Positions 27,601 through 39,615 of a DNA stretch of 64,000 nt are shown here, in pieces. Every line of letters starts with the position of its first letter. Position 1 is the stretch's first letter. The stretch comes from Ylistrum balloti (Eukaryota): the NCBI RefSeq assembly GCF_031769215.1, contig NW_026782299.1:2418001-2482000 (forward strand), given 5' to 3'. Below the pieces are notes generated by a model. The model made no database searches. It saw nothing but the letters and a program-made list of their open reading frames with translations, and was not told the DNA's origin. The position numbers and the translations under genes are program-made.

Positions 27601-30600
27601 GCCAATCCTTACCTAGCCTGCTCCTACCTAGCCTGCCCCTACCTGGCCTGTCCCTGCGTAGCCTGCCCCTACCTAGCCTGTCCCTACCTGGTCTGTCCCT
27701 ACCTAGCCTGTCCCTACCTGGTCTGTCCCTACCTAGCCTGCCCTTACCTAGCCTGTCCCTACCTGGTCTGTCCCTACCTAGCCTGTCCCTGCGTAGCCTG
27801 TCCCTACCTAGCCTGTCCCTACCTGGGCTGTCCCTACCTAGCCTGTCCCTACCTAGCCTGTCCCTACCTGGCCTGTCCCTACCTAGTCAGTCCCCTACCT
27901 AGCCTGTCCCTACCTAGCCTGTCCCTACCTAGCCTGTCCCTGTCCCTACCTAGCCTGTCCCTACCTAGCCTGTCCCTACCTAGCCTGTCCCTACCTGGCC
28001 TGTCCCTACCTAGCCTGTCCCCACCTGGCCTGTTCCTACCTGGCATGTCCCTGCGTAGCCTGCCCTTACCTAGCCTATCCCTGCGTAGCCTGTCTCTACC
28101 TAGCCTGTCCCTACCTAGCCTGTCCCTACCTAGTCAGTCCCCTACCTAGCCTGTCCCTACCTGGCCTGTTCCTACCTGGCCTGTCCCTACCTAGCCTGTC
28201 CCTACCTGGCCTGTTCCTACCTGGCATGTCCCTGCGTAGCCTGCCCTTACCTAGCCTATCCCTGCGTAGCCTGTCTCTACCTAGCCTGTCCCTACCTAGC
28301 CTGTCCCTACCTAGCCTGTCTATACCTAGCCTGTACCTACCTGGTCTGTCCCTACCTAGCCTGCCCCTACCTAGCCTGTCCCTACCTGCGTAGCCTGTCC
28401 CTACCTAGCCTGTCCCTACCTAGCCTGTCCCTACCTAGCCTGTCCCTACCTAGGCTGTACCTGCGTAGCCTGTCCCTGCGTAGCCTGTCCCTAGCTAGCC
28501 TGTCCCTACCTGGCCTGTCCCTACCTAGCCTGTCCTACCTAGCCTGTCCCTACCTGGTCTGTCCCTACCTAGCCTGCCCCTACCTAGCCTGTCCCTACCT
28601 GGTCTGTCCCTACCTAGCCTGTCCCTTCGTAGCCTGTCCCTACCTAGCCTGTCCCTACCTAGCCTGTCCCTACCTAGCCTGTCCCTACCTAGCCTGTCCC
28701 TACCTAGCCTGTCCCTACCTGGACTGTCCCTGCCTAGCCTGACCCTACCTAGCCTGTCCCTACCTAGCCTGTCCCTGCGTAGCCTGTCCCTACCTAGCCT
28801 GTCCCTACCTAGCCTGTCCCTACCTAGCCTGTCCCTGTCCCCTAGCCTGTCCCTACCTAGCCTGTCCCCCTACCTAGCCTGTCCCTACCTAGCCTGTCCC
28901 TACCTAGCCTGTCCCTACCTAGCCTGTCCCTAGCCCCTAGCCTGTCTCTACCTAGCCTGTCCCTACCTAGCCTGTCCCTACCTAGTCAGTCCCCTACCTA
29001 GCCTGTCCCTACCTGGCCTGTCCCTACCTAGCCTGTCCCTACCTAGCCTGTCCCTACCTGGTCTGTCCCTACCTAGCCTGCCCCTACCTAGCCTGTCCCT
29101 ACCTGGTCTGTCCCTACCTAGCCTGTCCCTGCGTAGCCTGTCCCTACCTAGCCTGTCCTACCTAGCCTGTCCCTAGCCTGTCCCTACCTAGCCTGCCTAC
29201 CTAGTGTCCCTACCTAGCCTAGCCTGCCTGTCCCCTGCCTGTCCCTAGCCCTGCCTGTAGCCCCTACCTAGCCTGTCCCTACCTGACCTGTTCCTACCTG
29301 GCATGTCCCTTCGAAGCCTGCGCTTGCCTAGCCTATCCCTGCGTAGCCTGTCTCTACCTATCCTGTCCCTACCTAGCCTGTCCCTGCCTAGCCTGTCCCT
29401 ACCTAGCCTGTCCCTACCTGGCCTGTCCCTACCTAGCCTGTCCCTGCGTAGCCTGTCCCTACCTAGCCTGTCCCTACCTAGCCTGTCCCTACCTAGCCTG
29501 TCCTACCTAGCCTGTCCCTACCTAGCCTGTCCCTACCTAGCCTGTCCCTACCTAGCCTACCTAGCCCCTACCTGGCCTGTCCCTGCCAAGCCTGCCCCTA
29601 CCTAGACTGTCCCTACCTGGTCTGTCCCTACCTAGCCTGTCCCTACCTACCTAGCCTGTCCCTACCTAGCCTGTCCCTACCTAGCCTGTCCCTACCTAGC
29701 CTGTCCTACCTAGCCTGTCCCTACCTCGCCTGTCCCTACCTAGCCTGCCCCTACCTAGCCTGTCCCTACCTGGACTGTCCCTACCTAGCCTGTCCCTACC
29801 TAGCCTGTCCCTGCGTAGCCTGTCCCTGCGTAGCCTGTCCCTACCTAGCCTGTCCCTACCTGGTCTGTCCCTACCTAGCCTGTCCCTACCTAGCCTGTCC
29901 CTACCTAGCCTGTCCCTACCTAGCCAGTCCCCTACCTAGCCTGTCCCTACCTGGCCTATCCCCTACCTAGCCTGCCCCTACCTAGCCTGTCCCTACCTGG
30001 TCTGTCCCTACCTAGCCTGCCCCTACCTAGCCTGTCCCTGCGTAGCCTGCCCCTACCTAGCCTGTCCCTACCTGGTCTGTCCCTACCTAGCCTGCCCCTA
30101 CCTAGCCTGTCCCTACCTAGACTGTCCCTACCTAGTCAGTCCCCTACCTAGCCTGTCCCTACCTGGCCTGTTCCTACCTGGCCTGTCCCTACCTAGCCTG
30201 TCCCTACCTAGCCTGTCCCTACCTAGCCTGTACCTACCTGGTCTGTCCCTACCTAGCCTGCCCCTACCTAGCCTGTCCCTACCTGGTCTGTCCCTACCTA
30301 GCCTGTCCCCGCGTAGCCTGTCCCTACCTAGCCTGTCCCTGCGTAGCCTGCCCCTACCTAGCCTGTCCCTACCTGGTCTGTCCCTACCTAGCCTGTCCCT
30401 ACCTGGCCTGTTCCTACCTGGCATGTCCCTGCGTAGCCTGCCCTTGCCTAGCCTATCCCTGCGTAGCCTGTCTCTACCTAGCCTGTCCCTACCTAGCCTT
30501 TTCCTACCTAGCCTGTCCCTACCTAACCTTCCCCTACCTAGCCTGTCTATACCTAGCCTGTCCCTACCTAGCCTTTTCCTATCTAGCCTGTCCCTATCTA

Positions 30601-31326
30601 GCCTATCCCTGCGTAGCCTGTCCCTTACCTAGCCTGTCCCTACCTAGCCTGTCCCTCCGTAGCCTGTCCCTACCTAACCTGTCCCTACTTAGCCTGTCCC
30701 TACCTAGTCTGTCCCTCCGTAGCCTGTCCCTACCTAACCAGTCCCTACATAGCCTGTCCCTACCTGGCCTGTCCCTACCTAGCCAGTCCTCTACCTAGTC
30801 TGTCCTTGGCTTTTCCTATCTAGCCTGTCCCTACCTAGCCTGTCCCTGCGTAGCCTGTCCCTACCTAGCCTTCCCCTACCTAGCCTGCCCCTACCTAGCC
30901 TGTCCCTGCGTAGCCTGTCCCTACCTAGCCTGACCCTGCGTAGCTAATCCTTACCTAGCCTTCCTCTACCTAGCCTGTCCCTACCTGGCCTGTCCCTACC
31001 TAGCCAGTCCCCTACCTAGGCTGTACCTGCGTAGCCTGTCCCTACCTAGCCTGACCCTGCGTGGCCAATCCTTACCTAGCCTGCTCCTACCTAGCCTGCC
31101 CCTACCTAGCCTGTCCCTGCGTAGCCTGCCCCTACCTAGCCTGTCCCTACCTGGCCTGTCCCTACCTAGCCAGTCTCCTACCTAGCCTGTCCCTACCTAG
31201 CCAGTCCCCTACCTGGCCTGTCCCTACTTAGCCTTCCCCTACCTAGCCAGTCCCCTACCTGGCCTGTCCCTACTTAGCCTTCTCCTACCTAGCTAGTCCC
31301 CTAACTGGCCTGTCCCCACCTAGCCT
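24609..31326. repeat. Large 15-bp minisatellite (CCTACCTAGCCTGTC)n, ~6.7 kb, ~450 copies, with higher-order variant blocks
   Basis: Continuous 15-bp periodicity; C-rich + strand and G-rich - strand; explains all the LSLPS/CPYLA/RDRLG ORFs. Confidence 0.98.
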
Positions 31327-32504
31327 AATCCAAAGTGGTAAAAAAAAGTCAAAATCTGGATGGGGTTTGTGCACCCGTGTATAATTATGTAAAATTCGTA
31401 TCTTATTATATTAGAAGAACATTGTGAACTTAAGTTCCTTACATCGTCTTCGTAAATGTTTTATGTGAAATATCTTCAGCTAACTCTTAACTCTATAATT
31501 AAATGTCCTTATAACTTAATGGATTATCAGTACATGTCTTTATTGAAGATGTTATAATTTGCTGCTTTAAAACTTACGTCATTGAAACGTTGACTGCATG
31601 TATTAGATATTGAACTTTAACGGTACTTAATCCGCGTTACAAATACAAATATGTATCAAATGTTATTTTAAGTCGTCATTTGTATGATTATTCGTATTGA
31701 TACGAGAAACCTAATTTTTCAGTCTTAATGCGTTATAATTAATATTTTTCATTTCGCAAAATGGTGTAAAATCTTGTCAACGATCGTACCTTTACGTAAT
31801 ACCCCTGTTTATTATTAAGCATTGTGATGAAAAAGAATATGAGTTTCTTCATTCCAACACGACATAAAATGTGAATAATCAACGTGTACATCATATTCTT
31901 ACTTTTTACACGTCACTTCCTGTATTGCGTATGACTTACTTCGATGTAGTGATGTGACTGATGTTTAGCATGACGTAATGTTATTTCATTCCGATCACAC
32001 CAATGTCTACAACAACGAATAGCTCTTGAATCTCGCACGGAGACTGAAACGTTCCGAATGAACCCATACCGGTACACATGGTGTAGAGGTCAAGGTTATG
32101 TCAATAGCTGGATCTGGTGAAATAATTAGTAAGTTCCAAGGATATTTACATACAGGACAGTTCCCTGTGGATTTTACACCTATACTTCCCATTACCAGCA
32201 CGTGAACACACGATATAATCCGTTGTATTTAGTGCACGTGCATCTCAAATGTCGCAGTAACATGAATACTGGATTCGTAAAACAGATTAACCGAGAATTT
32301 GTTTTAAGACATCGGTTATAGGTATTTCTAATCTCTCCCACCCGGTCCATCGCTATGACCTCCCAGGGTCAACACACTAACGTTAGCCTCGATATCAAGT
32401 ATCAAGCAATGATTTATTCTTTTTATGTTTTCAGTGTAATTATACTTACTATATAGACTATTACTTACACGTAATCACATGCCTGCACAGGTATACTAGA
32501 TTAT

Positions 32505-34240
32505 CCATAAACTGTGGATACAGTAATATATACTTAATATAAGTCACATCCATACACTGTAGCCGCAGTTAAACTTAATTAGTCACATTCATACACTGTA
32601 GACAGTTATACTTAATTAGTCACATTCATACACTGTAGACAGTTATACTTAATTAGTCACATTCATACACTGTAGACAGTTATACTTATTTAGTCACCAT
32701 ACACTGTAGACAGTTATACTTAATTAGTCACATCCTTACACTGTAGACAGTTATACTTAATTAGTCACCATACACTGTAGACAGTTATACTTAATTAGTC
32801 ACCATACACTGTAGACAGTTATACTTAATTAGTCACATCCATACACTGTGGACACAGTTATACTTAGTCACATTCATACACTGTAGACACAGTTATACTT
32901 AATTAGTCACATTCATACACTGTAGACAGTTATACTTAGTCACATTCATACACTGTAGACAGTTATACTTAATTAGTCACATCCTTACACTGTAGACAGT
33001 TATACTTAATTAGTCACCATACACTGTAGACAGTTATACTTAATTAGTCACATCCATACACTGTAGACAGTTATACTTAGTCACATTCATACACTGCAAA
33101 CGCAGTCATACTTAATTAATCACATTCATATACTGTAGACAGTTATACCTAATTAGTCATATTCATACACTGTAGACACAGTTATACTCAATTAGTCACA
33201 TCCATACACTGTAGACAGTTATACTTAATTAGTCACATTCATACACTGTAGACAGTTATACTTAATTAGTCACATCCATACACTGTAGACAGTTATACTT
33301 AGTCACATTCATACACTGTAGACAGTTATACTTAGTCACATTCATACACTGTAGACACAGTTATACTTAGTCATATTCATACACTGTAGACAGTTATACT
33401 TAGTCACATTCATACACTGTAGACAGTTATACTTAATTAGTCACATTCATACACTGTAGACAGTTATACTTAGTCACATTCATACACTGTAGACACAGTT
33501 ATACCTAATTAGTCACATTTGTACACTGTATACACAGTTATACTTAATAAGTCACATCCATACACTGTAGACAGTTATACTTAGTCACATTCATACACTG
33601 TAGACACAGTTATACTTAATTAGTCACATTCATACAATGTAGACAGTTATGCTTAGTCACATACACTGTAGACACAGTTATACTTAATTAGTCACATCCA
33701 TACACTGTAGACAGTTATACTTAATTAGTCACATCCATACACTGTAGACAGTTATACTTAATTAGTCACATCCATACACTGTAGACAGTTATACTTAATT
33801 AGTCACATTCATACACTGTAGACAGTTATACTTAATTAGTCACATCCATACACTGTAGACAGTTATACTTAATTAGTCACATCCATACACTGTAGACAGT
33901 TATACTTAATTAGTCACATTCATACACTGTAAACAGTTATACTTAATTAGTCACATTCATACACTGTAGACAGATATACTAACTTAGTCACATCCATACA
34001 CTGTGGACACAGTTATACTTAGTCACATTCATACACTGTAGACACAGTTATACTTAATTAGTCACATTCATACAATGTAGACAGTTATACTTAATTAGTC
34101 ACCATACACTGTAGACAGTTATACTTAATTAGTCACATCCATACACTGTAGACAGTTATACTTAATTAGTCACATTCATACACTGTAGACAGTTATACTT
34201 AGTCACATTCATACACTGTAGACACAGTTATACTTAAGTC
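32505..34240. repeat. Minisatellite, 33-39 bp unit AGTCACATTCATACACTGTAGAC(AC)AGTTATACTT(AATT), ~48 copies
   Basis: Visible tandem periodicity with optional AATT and AC modules. Confidence 0.97.
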
Positions 34241-35948
34241 AGAGCCGACCAAGTGTGACTGAAACTACAGAAAATTTGCCAGTAATTTTGTTTGTTTATT
34301 ATGTAGAAGCTTGCCAGCATAAGGAGCGGGTCTAAGACGATGTTAACACAATGTTATACTCGTGATTACGTATTGTCTCAACAACAAGTTCATAAAGAAA
34401 AAATATTCATTATGGTAATATCAACAATACATATTTTTACTTGTTGTTTCATTTGCATCGTCTACAAATACAGGGGGTTAGACAATAACAGTTTATTATC
34501 TGTAGCTCGTTGGGTGGTCATTTACCAAACTGATAGTATTTACATAGTCCAGGTGACAGCTGATGAAAAGACAAAACGGGGTTGCAAATATGCATGTCGA
34601 TGAAGAATATGATAAAAATCTCCTTGTGTGATATTACTACTTCCAATGCCATTTTACCAGTTCACGTTTCGAAAATATGACATAACTTTGAATTACACAG
34701 CACCTGTCGTCGATGACATGACCTTCAAGAACACTCCGAACACCTACTCCTGATATGTCGCGGCTAGTATTTTACCAGAGTTACACATATACCGACACAG
34801 AACTCTAATTTGGTATGTAGTATAATGGATAAATGCAGGTTGTAGTGATTTTATTTATCTCGGAAAAACGACCATGGACAGACACAAACCACCCAAAGTA
34901 GGCGTCGTCAAACCACACATCTCGGCACTTCATCCGAAGTTGTAAATAGTTATACCGAACATTGCCTACTGGGAACGGGCAAACTATGCGAAATTTTGAT
35001 AGACATATTTATTTTTCTTGCATAACTTATAAAAACACTGACCAATACAACAATAACTGACAAAAGAAGTTCTGTTTATAATCAGCATGCAAATCAACTA
35101 GGAATGGAGTACATCTCTGCTTCATCAAGACAGCTTGCGATAAACTCGCGCGTTCAAGAGTTCCTACCGAGAATGAGGTAACGAAATTCAAACCATACCG
35201 ACAGAAAAACGAACAAACTGCTTTATCAGCCGATTCGTTACGAAATACACGGAAAAAATCTGACAATGCTGACTCAGTGTCGTGGTAATGTAAAATTGTC
35301 GCCATTCTTCTCCTACCATTATCGTGTACAGTTGTGCTGAATTACAACATGCTCTACAACTCGTGGTTCTACTCCATACGTAAGTTATACCATGGAAATA
35401 GGGGATCGATTTCACCATAAGATAGTTACAACCACAAAGAAAAAAACAACCTGGATGGAATTTGTTGGCAATACCCCTTAAAACAAAGTCGGTAGTTTGT
35501 TGGCATATCTCAGCGAAGCAAAAAAGCCACCGTGAATATGAATAGACCTATTGGCACACTCGTGGCACACAAACTGGGTTTGATGTCAACAGAGTAGGGA
35601 GAGCAACATAATGTCGGTACTGCATTAATAGGGAAGCATGAACATTCTGTGGCAGTGGTACACATAAACCTACTAACGTTACAAACATATGCCAATTTAC
35701 CAGGTGTGTGTTTGTAAGAATAAAATCTAAAAATGAATTTAAGAATTAATATTGTGACAATGTTTGGTTGTCTGATGTAGCAATTAGAAGTACTTTCTTC
35801 TTATTTTAACAAAGGTAAACACATGAACCTTAGATTCTATGAAAGTAGTATTTTTTCTAATAATTCGTATGAACGTTCACTCTGAATTAAGAAGGAATCC
35901 CAGGGCAACACTAGTAACAAAGCATTTTCCCATGTGATTGGAGATGAT

Positions 35949-36648
35949 ACATGTACATATAACATCATCAAATGTTACATCATTGCTATGTTATAGTGAC
36001 AAAGTCACATGTACATATAACATCATCAAATGTTATATCATTGCTATGTTATAGTGACAAAGTCACATGTACATATAACATCATCAAATGTTATATCATT
36101 GCTATGTTATAGTGACAAAGTCACGTGTACATATAACATAATCAAATGTTATATCATTGCTATGTTATAGTGACAAAGTCACGTGTACATATAACATAAT
36201 CAAATGTTACATCATTGCTATGTTATAGTGACAAAGTCACGTGTACATATAACATCATCTAATGTTACATCATTGCTATGTTATAGTGACATAGTCACGT
36301 GTACATATAACATCATCAAATGTTATATCATTGCTATGTTATAGTGACAAAGTCACGTGTACATATAACATCATCAAATGTTATATCATTGCTATGTTAT
36401 AGTGACAAAGTCACGTGTACATATAACATCATCAAATGTTATATCATTGCTATGTTATAGTGACAAAGTCACGTGTACATATAACATCATCAAATGTTAC
36501 ATCATTGCTATGTTATAGTGACAAAGTCACATGTACGTATAACATCATCAAATGTTATGTCATTGCTATGTTATAGTGACAAAGTCACGTGTACATATAA
36601 CATCATCTAATGTTATATCATTGGTACATTATAGTGACAAAGTCACAT
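35949..36648. repeat. Minisatellite, 58 bp unit ACATGTACATATAACATCATCAAATGTTATATCATTGCTATGTTATAGTGACAAAGTC, ~12 copies
   Basis: A 2-nt shift per 60-nt line gives period 58; units are near-identical. Confidence 0.97.
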
Positions 36649-37210
36649 TATACCGACCAGCACCATGACACCAGACCTTGCCAAACTGACTAACACCATG
36701 ATACTAGACTTTGTCATATCATACTGACTAGGTCACATCATTCTGACCAGTGGCATGACAGCACACGTGATCACATTATAGTGTAAAGGTCACATCAAAT
36801 AGACTAGCACCATGGCGCACACCGCGTCACATAATAGTGACAATGTCACATTATAAAGATCTGCACCATGACACCAGACTTTGTCACATGATACTGACTA
36901 GGTCACATCAAACTGACTAGCACCATGACATCATGACACCATGGCACGACACCTTGTCACATTATACTGCCTAGGTCACATTAAACTTACAAGCACAATG
37001 ACACCAGACCTTGTCACATGATACTGACTAGGTCACATCAAATTGACTAGCACCATGACACCACACCTGATCACATGATACTGACTAGGTCACATCCAAT
37101 TGACTAGCACCATGACACCATACCTGTCAAATGATACTGACTACTAGGTCACATTCTATTGGCTGGCATCATGACGCACATCCGGTCATATTTTACTAAC
37201 CTGGTCATGA
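36649..37210. repeat. Degenerate tandem repeat, ~57-60 bp (GACTAGCACCATGACACCAGACCTTGTCACATGATACTGACTAGGTCACATCAAATT-like)
   Basis: GACTAG, CACCATGACAC and GGTCACAT motifs recur at about 57-60 bp spacing. Confidence 0.8.
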
Positions 37211-38690
37211 CACATAACCGACCTATGCCATGTTTTCGCTTACAAGAGAAAGATATCGGTGGTGATGAAAATTATCTCAATGTTTCAGTGCTGACTTAAC
37301 ATACACTGGGTATACCCTAATTAACATGAGACGAAATGTTAATGACACTTTTAACCCCACAAATCACTTCAAACTATTGATACGTTACTCACCGATCATA
37401 TACTACAGCTTGCCCTTCTGACGTATCGAGGATGCCCGGACAGCATGGATATTTGGTTCATATTCTGTTCGATCATGATACATCCATTTCATGGCATTTA
37501 TTGATAACATCAGAGAATTATATGATATAAATGTGTCCAAAGGCTAATCTACTATGGAACAATGTTCAAACCTGATGACCCCGGGCTGTACATGTATCAC
37601 GTGATCTATATCCAATATGGCTGTGCACTTATTAACGCGAGTTTGGCTTTATCCCTAACCTAGAGGCGACACGCACGCGTTAATTGACATCGTCAATTGA
37701 TAAATACCTATTTAATACATAAACAGTGCTATATAATGATAGCGTTGATAGTTTCTTTCATGTGTAAGCGGCACGTTAAACAGTCGATTATTTCGTTATT
37801 GGGTTGTTTATTGTGTCATAAACACATGGGATTATATTTTTGTGAGGAACCTTATTTTGTTGTTTTGAGCATAAGTGGTGCACTTGGATACTATTAAACA
37901 TCAAGCAATTCAACACTAAAAACCATAACGATCGGAATTTTCATATCTCATTCGGAACTCTTCTAGATCAAAGACCTCTTTAAAAGCCGAGTGCTGTTTC
38001 CAAACTATCACTAGAACTTATTCGTAAACCCTCTGAATTATAGTGTTAGTCGTAAGATAGTTACACCAACCCTTTGATTTCGTGTAGAGTGTAGACTGTA
38101 TAGAAAACGGTACAACGAGAGGTATATCGTTATGTCCATCACACTATGGGAAATGCCACTGTTTTACAACACTGTTATACATTCCAGACACTTTATGATG
38201 AGCTTAAATTATGGTAGATATGGTCTGTTGGCACAAGGCGCGAAACAAGAGGTTAATCAGAAGGAGAAGAACGAGGTCCCCCGCGAGACTAATTCAGGAG
38301 TTCCTTTGGACGATGAAGGACGAGGATGCTCGAGTGGGATCGTTTGTGGATGACATACAGTTATGTTTTCAGGGCTAATTACATGCTATGTTTTGTCCTA
38401 ACCATCCCTGTGTTGTCGGGTGTCGTGTATAGCCGATGTTCTGACATACTCGTGTATATGTCATGTCCTTCAATCGTTAGGACTGGCATCAGATAGGTCT
38501 GTAAAACCAGCGAGGTACACGAAAATATTCTCTGAACATTTCCACAGTGAATCATTCCATGCCATATTTTGTTTCTTTTGTTTCTTACTGATATGACTGT
38601 GACAATGGTGCATATGCTATTCGAGTAAACCAAATAGCACCTCCTCCTATCGATTTAAAACGTAGGAATTTCCAGAATTGTAACTATTTT

Positions 38691-38735
38691 GGAAGAATGC
38701 CAGACAAGTAAACTGGGGGATCTGAGTTCGATTTC
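38691..38735 (+). mobile_element. Degenerate tRNA-derived (Thr-AGT-like) SINE head
   Basis: GCCAGACAAGTAAACTGGGGGATCTGAGTTCGATT vs eukaryotic tRNA-Thr GCCTGTCTAGTAAACAGGAGATCCTGGGTTCGAAT; B-box-like GAGTTCGA. No acceptor stem, so not a functional tRNA. Confidence 0.45.
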
Positions 38736-38896
38736 TTGCAGGTACAGTGAAAAATGAGATTTTTGATAACGGCTCCAATGAAGGGATGTGGATATACTCA
38801 TAAAATTCACTAACTTTACTTTCACTAGCTAGCCATTGGGGATGTTATACATATTTGTAGCTGCTTCCTACCGACTCGACCAGGCAGAATTCTTTT

Positions 38897-38950
38897 TAGA
38901 TCAGTTCAGTAGTGTCTTGTTACTAAACCCGTGGTCCTGGGCTCGATCGT
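38897..38950 (+). mobile_element. Second degenerate tRNA-derived SINE head
   Basis: A-box-like TAGATCAGTTCAGTAG, anticodon-arm-like TACTAAACCC and B-box-like GGTCCTGGGCTCGATC, at tRNA spacing. Confidence 0.4.
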
Positions 38951-39529
38951 TATAGAGGGGTTGGAAAAGTATGTTACCTTACAATTTGTTTTAGTTTACT
39001 TTTCAAAATCCACAGAGGAGTATAACTCAAGCACTGTATAAGTACCTGTAGCGGTGCTGGATTCTGTAAAGCTAAAAAACAAATATTACATAAAAGTTAA
39101 ACCATGATTAAAATACAAGTACATAATTCCAGCTAAGGTTCCCAATTGAATAAATCGTCGCATAGTCATACATAATTAACAATACAATTTCTGGAGATCA
39201 GCATTATATTGCTCACCACAACAGTGCTGATCAGATCTCCGGGGCGCTTTCACGTGTACTTGTCAGGAGAACGTCTTTAAGACCCTGACTAAGGTGTTAT
39301 TTCATACTTTCTGATTATAGAAGGTTTAGACTTGATTTTTATTGGCTAAAATAATTGATAAAAAAGTATCAGTATTTAAATTAGATTGTGTAAAGGGGTA
39401 TCTGTTCCAGCGTTTAGTACATGATATTTCTGCTATAAACACTAACTTATCGAGTTAGGATGGATTGTATCTGGATTTGTGTACGAACAATGACAGGAAC
39501 AATATGACGTCATCATGGAATCAGTTTTT

Positions 39530-39615
39530 AATCCTGTAAACTTTAAAGTTATGGAACGAAGTGATGTATAGATTGACGTACAGACAGATGTACAGACAGA
39601 CAGACGAACGGACAC
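39530..39615 (+). mobile_element. Possible decayed Helentron-associated (HINE/DINE-like) 3' module with (GACA/GACG)n microsatellite
   Basis: AAAGTTATGGAACG followed by GACGTACAGACAGATGTACAGACAGACAGACGAACGGAC, an arrangement typical of mollusc HINE-type elements. The other modules are not clearly recognisable. Confidence 0.35.

Noticed and set aside
25144-30632. Multiple ORFs of 69-227 aa (LSLPS, CPYLA, RDRLG repeats)
   Set aside because: Arise automatically from a 15-bp unit lacking stops in most frames; no unique flanking coding sequence or splice context.
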